Source: Octopus vulgaris
Lineage: Eukaryota
Direction of reading: 5' to 3'
Length of the DNA: 64,000 nucleotides
Assembly (NCBI GenBank): GCA_951406725.2
Contig: OX597832.1
Coordinates: 49,910,001-49,974,000, forward strand
Shown: positions 51,780 through 64,000 of the stretch, one piece after another
Layout: each line of letters opens with the position of its first letter
Position numbering within the stretch: the stretch's first letter is position 1
Notes under the pieces: generated by a model
What the model was told of the DNA's origin: nothing
Seen by the model: only the letters and a program-made list of their open reading frames with translations
The model's database searches: none
Program-made: the position numbers and the translations under genes

Positions 51780-51906
51780 TTATTTCACATATTTTTCCAT
51801 GAATTTTTTGTGAAACTCTGAGCGAAGTGTATCGTTAATGAAACCTCGGCCTTTCCTGTCGTCCCCTCCTTTGGCGCAGTTTTTGAACACCACATCATCA
51901 TCCCAC
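51780..51906 (-). CDS. CWC15: CWC15 last exon ([13 protein letters not shown]...[20 protein letters not shown])
   Basis: Acceptor tttttag. Near-invariant CWC15 C-terminus. TAA at 51780-51782. Confidence 0.96.
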
Positions 51907-53420
51907 CTAAAAATAACAGCAGAAAAAAAAAAAAATTAATACATATACATAATACGTATAAAATAACTAAATCTGTCAAAAAAAAACAACAAACCAACTC
52001 TTTAAACTTTACTATAATAATAATTATATATATTATATATTACCACACAGCGCAGGAGTGGCTGTGTGGTAAGTAGCTTGCTTACCAACCACATGGTTCC
52101 GGGTTCAGTCCTACTGCGTGGCACCTTGGACAAGTGTCTTCTACAATAGCCTCAGATCAACCAAAGCCTTGGTAGACGGAAACTGAAAGAAGCCTGTCGT
52201 ATATATGTGTGTATGTTTGTCCCCCAACTTCGCTTGACAACCGATGCTGGTGTGTTTATGTACCCGTAACTTAGCGGTTCAGCAAAAGAGATCGATAGAA
52301 TAAGTACTAGGCTTACAAAGAATAAGTCCTGGGGTTGATTTGCTCAACTAAAAAAGGTGGTGCTCCAGCATGGCCACAGTCAAATGACTGAAACAAGTAA
52401 AAGAGTTTGTATCTTTTATCGTTTACTTGTTTCAGTCATTTGACTGTGGCCATGCTGGAGCACCACCTTGCTGAAGTTTTAGTTAAATGAATTAATCCCA
52501 GCGCTTATCCTGTCAGTCTCTTTTGCCTGGTACTTATTCTATCAGTCTCTTTTGCCAAACTGCTAAGTTACAGAGATGTAAACACGCCAACAATGGTTGT
52601 CAAGTGGTACTGGGAGACAGACAGACACACACAGTAAGACAGGCTTCTTTCAGTTTCTTATTTCTTTATTGCCCACAAGGAGCTAAACATAGAGGAGACA
52701 AACAAGGACAAAGGGATTAAGTTAATTACATCGACTCCAGTGTGTAACTGGTACTTAATTTATCGACCCTAAAAGGATAAAAGGCAAAGTCGACCTCGGC
52801 AGAATTTGAACTCAGAACATAAAGACTGACGAAATACCGCTAAGCATTTTGCCTGGTGTGCTAACGATTCTGCCAGCTCACCACCTTAATAATAATAATG
52901 ATGATGATGATGATGAAAATAATAGCTGTTTCAAATTTTGGTACAAGGCCAAATGATGAAGAGCAGGAATGAACCAAGGACCCTTAGATTTTCAGTCTTA
53001 CATTTTCCTGACTGAGGTATTTTACTTGCCCCTTAAAAATCCTCCTCATCATCATCATTTAATGACCATTTTCCATGCTGGCATGTGTTAGACAGTTCAA
53101 CAGGAGCTGGTGAACCAGAGTACTATGCCAAACTCCAGTGGCCTGTTTTGGCATGGTTTCTGTTGTTGGATGCACCTTCCTAATGCCAACTATTTAACAG
53201 AGTATACTGGGTTCTTTTTATGTGGCACCAGCACCAGTGGGGGTTACCAAGTAACTTGCAAGATACAACCCCTCAACTGAGGAGGGAGTACTATTGAGTA
53301 AAGTGGCTTCATACCAAGTGACGAGGGGTTTAAAGTATAACAGAGGGACAGAAACAAGTGTCTTGCTGTAAAGCGGATACATGGCTACTCAAGAAACAAT
53401 AATAACAGACTAATATTTAC

Positions 53421-53524
53421 CGTCTTTTCACTTTGAAATCTATTTTTTCTTGGTTCAGTAATGGATTGCCTTTCAAAATATTTTCTTTACGAATTCTTTC
53501 TTCTTCTACTTTCCTTTCAGCTTC
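53421..53524 (-). CDS. CWC15: CWC15 exon (EAERKVEEERIRKENILKGNPLLNQEKIDFKVKRR)
   Basis: Acceptor ttcag and donor CG|GTAAAT. ENIL.GNPLLN and FKVKRR motifs. Confidence 0.95.
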
Positions 53525-53609
53525 CTGAATAAAACACACAAAAAGGAACCTGTTGTAATTTAGTCTTGATGATATTTCGGAATAAAAGTCCTTCTTCAGT
53601 TATTCTTAA

Positions 53610-53840
53610 ATTAAGTCAAGTTAAGTTAAGTTAATTTTTTGGCTCAGAAAGCAAAAAGCAAGGCCATGTAGGGGGACATGGTGTTATGTACAGGGTGGTG
53701 TTCATGCAAAGAGTTCAGGCCATTTCTGGTCAAGAGAGACCTTGAACCGAGTGGTCGTTGGCATCTTCACTATCTCGTCCGGCAGCTTATTCCACGGATC
53801 CGCAACCCGGACAGAGAAAGCCCCTCTCCTTCGATGGAGT
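53610..53840 (-). mobile_element. CR1/L2-type LINE 3' end in a CWC15 intron
   Basis: RRGAFSVRVADPWNKLPDEIVKMPTTTRFKVSLDQKW* followed by a short UTR and a (TTAAC)n tail. Confidence 0.8.
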
Positions 53841-54115
53841 TGCAGCCATAACTGGAAAACCAATTATAGCAGCGACTCCATCTAAGAATATCTGAAGAAG
53901 GAATGGTTCATATTTGGTTGATTAAAAATGTAACGGCAAGTATTTATTGACCTTTTTCTTTCCTTCAAAAATCGGCATGAACTTTCCAGACAACCCAATA
54001 GAAGCCAGAGGGATGAAAGCAGGGTTTACCTCAGTAGGATTTGAACTCAGAATCAGAATGCAAACACAGCAGCATTTTGTCCAATACTTTAATGGTTTTG
54101 CTGCCCAATACTTAC

Positions 54116-54214
54116 CAGTTTAGCAGCTTCTGCTAATCTTTCTTTCTTAATTTTCTTGAGTTCTTCCATCAATTCCATTGTATCATCATCATCTTCACTG
54201 TCAGATTCTTCATC
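54116..54214 (-). CDS. CWC15: CWC15 exon (DEESDSEDDDDTMELMEELKKIKKERLAEAAKL)
   Basis: CAG acceptor and donor CTG|GTAAGT. 99 nt. DDT..L..EL.KIKKER motif. Confidence 0.93.
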
Positions 54215-54411
54215 CTGATGAATAAAAAGTAGGGGGGAAAGAAAAAAAAAAGTTTAAAAATTTACAAAATCAGCCAAAAATCGTGAAGGGTAACAGGAAT
54301 TGTAGGATAATATACAGATGAATACAAATTGGCATTTGGAAGGGCAGCCAGCCACGGAAACCAAGGCAAAGCTGACAGTGGAGCACATATATATATATAT
54401 ATGTGTGTGCA

Positions 54412-54470
<59 letters not shown>

Positions 54471-54900
54471 AAGGGAGAGAGAGAGAGAAAGGGAGAGAGA
54501 GATGAAGAAAGAAGATATGCATGAAAGACTGGCATTTTTCATCTTTCTCTGTTGTAGCATATCAGATAATGATGGTCTGCAAATAATGGCAGGACGCTGT
54601 GCATGAAGAGATCCATCTATCATGGGAAAAAATATACACAAAACGATATTGACGATATGCATATGTATGTATGTATGTGTGTGTGTGTGTGTAAAATTGT
54701 GAAGCATGACTGTCAACACTACTACATGAACCCGAAGATTGCAGAATTCAATGCATGAAAGTACTAGTTCAATCAGAATGAATATTTAACATTCTACTAT
54801 TTCATTTTATTTTATTCAATTATAATATATTATCTTATAATATATCATTATAAGATTGTAAATAAAACGTGAAAATCAGACAAGGTTGGAATTCTTTTTA

Positions 54901-54945
<45 letters not shown>

Positions 54946-55038
54946 AGGTGTCAAGTGTTTATAAGGCGTTACGTATAACCAGCAGGAAACTAAGACATGA
55001 CATGAAGTAAAAACAAATAAAATCAATGTTAGACTCAC

Positions 55039-55130
55039 TTCGTCATCAACAGGGTCATCTGCATCCAAGTTTGAAGCTGGTTCCAATCGTAACCTTTTAC
55101 TACTGCTGCTACTGCTGCTGCCACCAGATT
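55039..55130 (-). CDS. CWC15: CWC15 exon (ESGGSSSSSSSKRLRLEPASNLDADDPVDDE)
   Basis: CAG acceptor and donor GAA|GTGAGT. NLDADDP motif. Phases 1/0. Confidence 0.9.
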
Positions 55131-57254
55131 CTGATGACGACGACGATGATGACGATGAAAAAGAAGAAGAAATTTGCATTTTTTAAAAAATATATTTTTG
55201 CTGGAACTGTTTGGTTTTAAATACATTAAGAAGTTCAGAGAAATGCTACTTCCAGCTTTTTGCTGTTTTGCCAATAAATATGAAACATCGTTGTCTAGTT
55301 TAGGTGATGGTAGATAGACAAATGGTAGTCAATAACACAGATTTAGATGTTGCTGTTCTGAGGTCTAATCTCACCACAATTGAATTTTTTTACACCTCTT
55401 TAAAGAAGAAAAATAATGGTAAAAAAAAAAAGGGAAGAAAAAGAAAAGTACCAGTAAAAGAGTTAAGGAAGAGAGACAGAGTTGGTGTGTGTATGAGAGA
55501 GAGAAAGAGAGAGAAAATGTCAGTCAATTCTGTTGATCATGCATCAATCCGTCCTTGAAATTAAATATAGCAGATCATTATCTGAGGCAAGTGGGTGCTA
55601 GTGCCACATAAAAAGCACCCAGTGCACTCTGTAGAGTGGTTGGCATTAGGAAGGGCATCCAAGTGTAGAAAGCAAGGCCAAAATAGATTATGGAACCTGG
55701 TGTGACCGCTGGCCTTACCAGTTCCTGTCAAGCTGTCCAACCCATGCCAACATGGAAAATAGACATATGCTGTGCTTGAGAAGACCTAGCAAGCCAAATG
55801 AGACCATAACCTTGTGGCCTATGCCAGGGGCTTAACCAGCCCACTTATGCGTACCTTTCCTTCATTGGACAATAAACTCTGCTTGTGAGGACCTGTTGAG
55901 GCAAGTGAAATCGAAATCAAATTCGATGACTGGCATCCGTGCTAGTGGAGCGCTAAGAGCACCATCTGAGCATGATCGTTGCCAGAGCGGCTAACTGGCT
56001 TCCGTGCCGGTGGCACATAAAAAGCACCATTTGAGTGTGATTGTTACCAGCATTGCCAGTGCTGCCGGACTGGCTCCTGTGCAGGTGGCACAAAAAACAC
56101 CATTTGAGCATGGCCGTTGCCAGTACCGCCTGACTGGCCCTTGTGCTGGTGGCACGTAAAAGCACCCACTACACTCTCAGAATGGTTGGCGTTAGGAAGG
56201 GCATCCAGCTGTAGAAACTCTGCTAGATCAAGATTGGAGCCTGGTGCAGCCATGTGGTTCGCCAGTCCTCAGTCAAATTGTCCAACCCATGCCAGCATAG
56301 AAAGTGGACGTTAAACGATAATGATGATGATGACGAATGCAAAGGCACATGGCCTAACGATTAAGGTACTGCATTTATGATTGTCAAGACTGTGGTTTCA
56401 ATTCCCAGTGCAACAGAGCATGCATTGTGTTCTTGAGCAAAACAATTTCATGTTGCACAGTCCACTCAGCTGTAAATGACTTCCAGGGTAGGGTAATCTT
56501 GTAGTCTCAGTCACTTTAAATAAGTGTCCTTTGGGACTCCTTAGCACTAACATTTCAAGACACCTTTCATAAGACCCAACAAAGAAACTTCAACAAAACT
56601 GCTCAGTTTTCAAGAAACAGCAGTTAAATCTTGATATAACCTCCTGCTACCTATAAAAAAAAATGAGAAGGTCATGGATGGAATATGTTTAAATGTTTGC
56701 TCAATTCAAGTAAACCTGGAGTTTAACAATAAAATTTATTGTAGAAAGCATTTTCTGAACACTGGAAAACCTGGTGCCACATGGTGGGATTGAACCTGGA
56801 ACCATGTGGTTGGGAAGCAAGCTTCTTACCACACAGCCATGCCTGCTCATATACATATTGTTGGCACTCCATCGGTTATGACGACGAGGGCTCCAGCTGA
56901 ACCGATCAACGGAACAGCCTGCTCGTGAAAATTAACGTGCAAGTGGCTGAGCACTCCACAGACATGTGTACCCTTAATGTAGTTCTCGGGGGGGGGGGGG
57001 GGAGATTCGGTGTGATGCAGAGTGTGACAAGACTGGTCCTTTGAAATACAGGTACAACAGAAACAGGAAGAAAGTGTAAGAGTACAGCTGGGTTCACCAC
57101 CACCCCTTGCCAGAGCCTCGTGGAGCTTTAGGTGTTTTTGCTCAATAAACACTCACAACGCCCGGTCTAGGAATCGAAACTACGATCCTAAGACCGTGAG
57201 TCCGCTGCCCTAACCACTGGACCATTGTGCCTCCACAATATGTATGTGTGTATT

Positions 57255-57317
<63 letters not shown>

Positions 57318-57803
57318 AATTATTATTTGAAGCAATAAAATCCAAACTTACAAGGAAAAAGAATTCAATTTAGAAAAACTAAATCAAATTTCACACAATA
57401 TAATAAATATATATAAAATATTAGAAAAAAACCACCTTTTATCAATTCAAAATGAATAATTAAATTACACCATCTAGAAAATTACAATAATTAAAAAATT
57501 AAAATAACAATAAAAAGTAAAGATTAAGTAAATTACAAAAATAATAAAAAAAGTTTTTCTACCTATTATATACATTTTTATTATTTTTGTAATTTACTTA
57601 ATCTTTACTTTTTATTTGACTGCGGCCATGCTGGAGCACCGCCTTTTAGTCGAGGAAATCGACCCCGGGACTTATTCTTTGTAAGCCCAGTACTTATTCT
57701 ATCGATCTCATTTTTGCCGAACCGCTAAGTGACGGGGACGTAAACACACCAGCATTGGTTGTCAAGCAATGCTAGGGGGACAAACACAGACACACAAACA
57801 TAT

Positions 57804-57836
<33 letters not shown>

Positions 57837-58034
57837 CATAGATACGACAGGCTTCTTTCAGTTTCCGTCTACCAGATCCACTCACAAGGCATTGGTCGGC
57901 TCGGGGCTATAGCGGAAGACACTTGCCGAAGATGCCACGCAGTGGGACTGAACCCGGAACCATGTGGTTGGTTAGCAAGCTACTTACCACACAGCCACTA
58001 ATTGATAAAAGGTGGGTTTTTTGTTCTAATATTT

Positions 58035-58066
<32 letters not shown>

Positions 58067-58604
58067 TATATACATATACAAACATAAATACACACACACA
58101 CACAATCATACTGGTTACATTTAACATAATTGGAAGACATTTTATCTTAAAATAATTCAGCCTGAACTATGCTTGCTTTTACTAAGTAACAAGCAAAACA
58201 CACACACAGACACACACACACCAACACCACAAAGACAGAGACACTTACAAACACACACACACACACACACACACATAAACAAAGAAAGAAAGAGTGCATA
58301 TGTGTGGGAGGTAGGGAGGAAGGAAAGAAGGTGTTCGGGGTTGCAAAATATATTCAAACATTTTGCTTTGTGAACACTATGACTTATGTATGACGTCTCC
58401 TTTGAGAGATGGCTAAAAGTAATTCTTCTTACAGTGAAAATGCTAATAGCTTTGGCTTGTGCCAATGAAAGTAGATGAGACCTTGGCACATGTGTGTGTG
58501 TGTGTCTGTGTGTGTGTGTGTGTGTCTGTGTGGATGGGTTTTATTGTATGTTTGTTGTTTGTTGATTTATAGTTTTTGTGAATCACTCCAATGGGCAGCA
58601 GTGA

Positions 58605-58610
58605 AGAGAG

Positions 58611-58655
<45 letters not shown>

Positions 58656-58656
58656 T

Positions 58657-58748
<92 letters not shown>

Positions 58749-59032
58749 CAATCAGAGACAGTTGATTGATGAAGTGGCGGCAAAGAAAGACTTTGATGCA
58801 CTTGGAAAACGCCAGGATATTGATAAATGAGTACTCGACCATGACTACGACGACTATGAGAAACCACCACCACCACCACCACCACCACCACCATCACTAC
58901 CACCACCACAACCACCACCACCACCACCACCACCATTACTGTTGCCGCCACCACCACCACCATCATCACCACCACCACCACCACAAACACCACCATCACC
59001 ACAACCACCACAACCACCACCACCACCACCAC
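58605..59032. repeat. (GATA)n/(GA)n and (CAC)n microsatellite cluster
   Basis: Direct inspection. Confidence 0.9.
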
Positions 59033-61101
59033 TAATTTGACGAATGAGACTGTAATACACTTAGATCTTTCCTCTCTGTTTCTTTCTACACACACACACA
59101 CACATTTGTACCAAGTGTGCACAGTACAGACTTGCTGAGAGGTTTGCTTTTCGACCACGAGGTTCCAGGTTCAGTCCCAACAACATGGCACCTTGGGCAT
59201 GTGTCTTCTGCTTAGTCCAGGGCCAACCAAAGCCTGTAGGTACTGATGTGGCTGTTGTGGTAAGAAGCTTGCTTCTCAGTCACAGAGTTTCAGGTTCAGT
59301 CTCACTGAGTGACGTCTTGGCCAAGTTTCATCTCCTATAGCCCCAGGTTGATCAAAGACTCGTGAGTGGATTTCATACATAGAAACTGAAAGAAGCCTGT
59401 TGTATCACACAGCCATGTCTTATATCATATATATATATATACACACACACACACATACATACATACATGCATACGTCGTCGTCGTCGTCGTCATCGTCAT
59501 CATCATCATCATCATCATCATCTAGCGTTCGCTTTCCATGCTAGCATGGGTTGGACGGTTCAACTGGGGTCTGGGAAGCCAGAAGGCTGCACCAGGCCCA
59601 GTCTGATCTGGCAATGTTTCTACGGCTGGATGCCCTTCCTAACACCAACCACTCCGTGAGTGTAGTGGGTGCTTTTTACGTGCCACCGGCACAGGTGCCA
59701 GACGGGGTTGGCAAATGGCCACGGTCGGATGGTGCTTTTTACGTGCCACCAGCATGGATGCTCGTTGGGGTGGCGCTGGCAATGGCCACGTTTGGATGGT
59801 TCGCTTATGTGCCACCGGCACTGGTATCACAGCTACAATTTCTATTGATGTTTTTCGATTTTGATTCTCACTTGCCTCAACAGGTCTTCACAAGTAGAGT
59901 TTTGTGTCCCAAGAAGGAAAGGTATGCATAAGTGGACTGGCTACATCCCAGGTAGAGGCCATAAATACTGTGTACATTTAAACACATAAGATGTATCCAT
60001 CATAGGACTACCTGCACGTTAGAGAGGACAGTTAAATTCCAAACCACTATTAGGGATAAAATTTCGAAGGGAATGAAAGTATTTTTTTGCGCAAACTGCA
60101 CATGCATTTTTCTCGCATACGCGTAGTATCGATCACAACAGCTGATGTACTTTATCGATCACATTTTCACCTGAAATCGAATTTTGTAATTTTTTCAAGA
60201 CTTATACGCGCCTTGATACCGTTGGTATCTACATATCAAATTTATAATGCAACTGGATGGAGGATGCCCGAGATCCTAGAAGACAGACAGACAGACAGAA
60301 CGGATTTTATATAATAGATAATCTATGCTTGCATAGGTCACATGGAGTTTGAGGCAGAGTCTCTATGGACAGATGTCCTTGTTGTCAAGCCTCACCTGTT
60401 TCCAAGTAAGGTAATATTTCCCTATGACCAGACATGTTCTCGTAGAATATTGAAAATGAATGACAGTCATTTACAACAATCAGGTGATGTCAAGACAAGG
60501 GAACACAAACACACACACACACGATAGGCTTCTTTCAGTTTCCATTGACCGAATCCATTTGTAAGGCTTTGGTTGGGTTACAGTAGAAGAAACTTGTTCA
60601 AACTGCCATACAGTGAGACTGAACCTGAGACCACATGGTTGGGAAGGCAGCTTCTTAACCACACACTCAAGTCTATATATATATATATATACACACACAC
60701 ATGCCTATATGTATACACACACTACACACACATACATACATACACACACATGTATACATATATTATGCATACATATATAAATATATATATACACACACAC
60801 ATACATACATACACTATCTATCTATCTATTTGCTCAGTCAAAGTCGACTCTCAGTTACTCGATGGATCAGTGTCCTCCAGCCAGTTCTATCCTGGGTTGC
60901 TTCTTTCAGATTGGCTATGGCCATTCCCGTGTCACTTTTGATGGTGTCAATCCAGCGGGTTCTTGGTCGGCCTCTTTCTCTCTTGCCACTGACCATTCCA
61001 AGCATGATGTCCTCCAGGGATTTTCTCCGCATAATATGTCCAAAATATGCCCGTCTGGTGATCATACAATGTACATACATACACACACACACATGCATAT
61101 T

Positions 61102-61156
<55 letters not shown>

Positions 61157-61173
61157 CACATAATGTATATGTA

Positions 61174-61887
61174 CTAGCAGTATAACACGGCCTTGCCTGG
61201 GATTAAGTTACGATTATTAAGTTAATCAAGTTCTTTATTTCAAACCAAACTAAGTAATATAGACGTCAAATTTGGGCGAAAGCCGTTGAAATTAGTTATA
61301 TTATATATATATATATAATATAATATATATTTATATTATATTATATTATATAACAATTACAATATAGCATTAATAAATCTCCGAACGAGATGTAAACAGT
61401 AACAGCTCGACAACGTAAAGTGTACTAGATTCAAATTACAATATATTTATATTTAAAATAATTATATTGTAATTGTTGTGTGAGAAAGTATATATACTAT
61501 GATTATAAAATATAGTGTCTTTCAAAAACAAAAAACAAAACATTTTACATTTTATTTTTTATGAACGTCATAACTTACTCTCTCTATCTTCTCTCTCCCT
61601 CTCTCACTTTGTCTTTCCCGTGAAACTCTCTACCTCCTTCTTCCACTTTTCTTTATCTTATTTTTTTTTTGTTAGATGCTGGCAAAAAAGCTAAGGCTGA
61701 TATTTTTTGTGGCTAAAAGCTATGTCTGAAAATAGATATTTACGCTAGCCACGGGTGCCTCGGGGTAAAAAACCCAGATAGGGTGTTGACAAATGTCCTC
61801 CTAAAATTTGAGTGACATGCGTGCTAATTTGTGGATGTGCATAAATTACAATCACGTACACACACATTCTCCCTTTTATAGATATGA
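61174..61887 (-). mobile_element. Non-autonomous Helitron, second family (relatives at about 2701-3230 minus and 37520-38380 plus)
   Basis: 3' end tactgCTAG with a GC hairpin. Internal blocks such as gtcctcctaaaatt...gtgctaatttgtgga are shared with the other copies. Confidence 0.7.
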
Positions 61888-61999
61888 TATACACACACAC
61901 ACACACATACATACATATACACATGCATATAAAGATATAGCTATGTGGTTAAGAAGTTTGCTTATCAACAACAACAACAACATGAAAGAACATCGGTAC

Positions 62000-62103
62000 C
62001 TCTGCCTCTGTCTTTTTTCTCTCTGGCTGCACGTTCACGGTCTTCCAAGTCTTTACGGAAGTCACGGTTTCTCAGCTCCTCAATAGATCCTTGACCGTCT
62101 TGT
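62000..62103 (-). CDS. CWC15: Spliceosome-associated protein CWC15, internal exon (RQDGQGSIEELRNRDFRKDLEDRERAAREKKDRGR)
   Basis: Acceptor ctttcag and donor G|GTACCG. Matches the conserved CWC15 segment EE.RNRDFR..LE.RERAA. The upstream coding exon was not found in the window. Confidence 0.9.
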
Positions 62104-64000
62104 CTGAAAGATAGCAAACATCACAAAAAAGTTTATCTAAACTGCAAAGCCCAGTTAAAGCTGGCTGATAATCAGTGGCGCTTAGCTCTGGTGTCATTGT
62201 GTCAAGTACATGAAGCGAATACAATGAAACACTGATTAATTCAAACACAAAACAAGAAAAGGATAACTGGAATTCATTCTGTATACAGCCTTCTTTGGAA
62301 GTTTGGAAACGAATAACATTGTTTGTATGATAAGGCGTAGGAGTGGCTGTGTGGTAAGTAGCTTGCTTACCAACCACATGGTTCCGGGTTCAGTCCCACT
62401 GCGTAGCATCTTGGGCAAGTCTTCTACTATAGCCTCGGACCAACCAAAGCCTTGTGGGTGTATTTGGTAGACGGAAACTAAAAGAAGCCCGTCGTATATA
62501 TGCATATATATATGTATGTGTGTATCTGTATGTTTGTGTGTTTGTCCCCACAACATCGCTTGACAACCGATGCTGGTGTGTTTATGTCCCCGTAACTAAG
62601 CGGTTTGACAAAAGAGACTGATAGAATAAGTACTGGGCTTACAAAGAATAAGTCCTGGGGTCAATTTGCTCGACTAAAAAGGTGGTGCTCCAGCATGGCC
62701 ACAGTCAAATGACTGAAACAAGTAAAAGAGATGGTGAAACTCGTTTACAACTATGACATGTCAAGACAATGGCACACACACACACATGATGGGCTTCTTT
62801 CAGTTTCCATCTATGAATCCACTCACTAAGCTTCATCCAGCTCATGGCTATAGTAGAAGACATTTGCCCGAGGTGCAGTAAGACTGAACCTGAAACCATA
62901 TGGTTGGGAAGCAAAATTCTTAACCACTCAGCCAGACACAGCCTAAAAGAAAGAGAGAGGGAGTGATGGTCATGGCCAGAACTCCTTTGATCAGTGGTTT
63001 GTTCAGTCAATATGTGGATAACTGAACAAAAACAGTTGACAGGAGAAACAAAAAGAATCAAAGTAACAGTCGTTTGTATCAATAATTAATCAAATTATTA
63101 CAAATATTTATTTCTTTACTACCCACAAGGGGCTAAACACAGAGAGGACAAACAAGGACAGACAAACGGATTAAGTCGATTACATCGACCCCAGTACGTA
63201 ACTGGTATTTATTTAATCGACCCCGAAAGGATGAAAGGCAAAGTCGACCTCGGCGGAATTTCAACTCAGAACGTAATGGCACACGAAATACCTATTTCTT
63301 TACTACCCACAAGGGGCTAAACACAGAGAGGACAAACAAGGACAGACAAACGGATTAAGTCGATTACATCGACCCCAGTACGTAACTGGTACTTATTTAA
63401 TCGACCCCAAAAGGATGAAAGGCAAAGTTGACCTCGGCGGAATTTGAACTCAGAACATAGCGACAGACGAATACCGCTAAGCATTTCACCTGGCATGCTA
63501 ACGTTTCTGCCAGCTCCCCGCCTTTTTTATTATTGTGCCGGTGGCACATAAAAAGCACCATCCGATCGTGGCTGTTTGCCAGCCTCGCCTGGCACAGACA
63601 AACGGATTAAGTCAATTATATCAACCCCAGTGTGTAACTGGTACTTATTTAGTCGAGCCTGAAAGGATGAAAGGCAAAGTCGACCTCGATGGAATTTGAA
63701 ATCAGAACATAGTGACAGACGAAATACCGCTAAGCATTTCGCCCGGCGTGCTAATGTTTCTGCCAGCTCGCCGCATTTTTATCATTATTACAAAATAGTG
63801 AAATGATTTCTTTTTAAAATGTTATAGTGCCACATTTTATAAAATACATTTTTTATTAAAAAAACCCCCAAAAAACAACCAGCTGAAGTACTTAAAAAAA
63901 AAATACCGGGATTCTGTTGTAAAATGTTTTACAAAATCATTTCAAGTGTACATTAATAGAGTTGACTATTTGTGTGTGTTTGCGCGTAATGTGATATCAT

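Noticed and set aside
55520-55590. Possible intronic C/D snoRNA in CWC15 (ends in CTGA on the sense strand)
   Set aside because: Box C is imperfect, there is no terminal stem, and I could not recognise an rRNA or snRNA guide.
58583-59158. Poly-His, poly-Val and poly-Gly ORFs (also 36272-36619)
   Set aside because: Translations of (CAC)n and (AAC)n microsatellites.

Overview
AT-rich, repeat-dense eukaryotic DNA. The tRNA-derived SINE families and abundant (TA)n/(CA)n/(GA)n tracts suggest an octopus-like cephalopod; this is inferred and not verified. Two spliced genes can be rebuilt by hand, both on the minus strand with consistent exon phases. (1) A 7-exon, about 469-aa ADP-ribosylglycohydrolase-superfamily gene (41611 to 5448) with a divergent SelJ/J1-crystallin-like active site. 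Its candidate first exon lies 21 kb upstream and would encode a mitochondrial-type presequence. (2) The last five coding exons of the spliceosomal gene CWC15 (62103 to 51780); its first exon is not in the window. Most of the rest is SINEs, RTE/CR1 LINE 3' ends, non-autonomous Helitrons, hAT/mariner/Merlin-type MITEs, a Merlin transposase relic and microsatellites. Almost all ORFs in the supplied track are repeat artefacts. The most striking unannotated signal is a set of small non-coding elements carrying type I hammerhead ribozyme motifs. Two homologous copies show compensatory changes in stems II and III, and one is a circular permutation of a 363-nt monomer. Several have Penelope-like inverted ends and sit in (TA)n tracts. 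Together this suggests a retrozyme-like (small self-cleaving, possibly circular RNA) retroelement system, with one near-intact ribozyme in the sense strand of an intron of the ADP-ribosylglycohydrolase gene.
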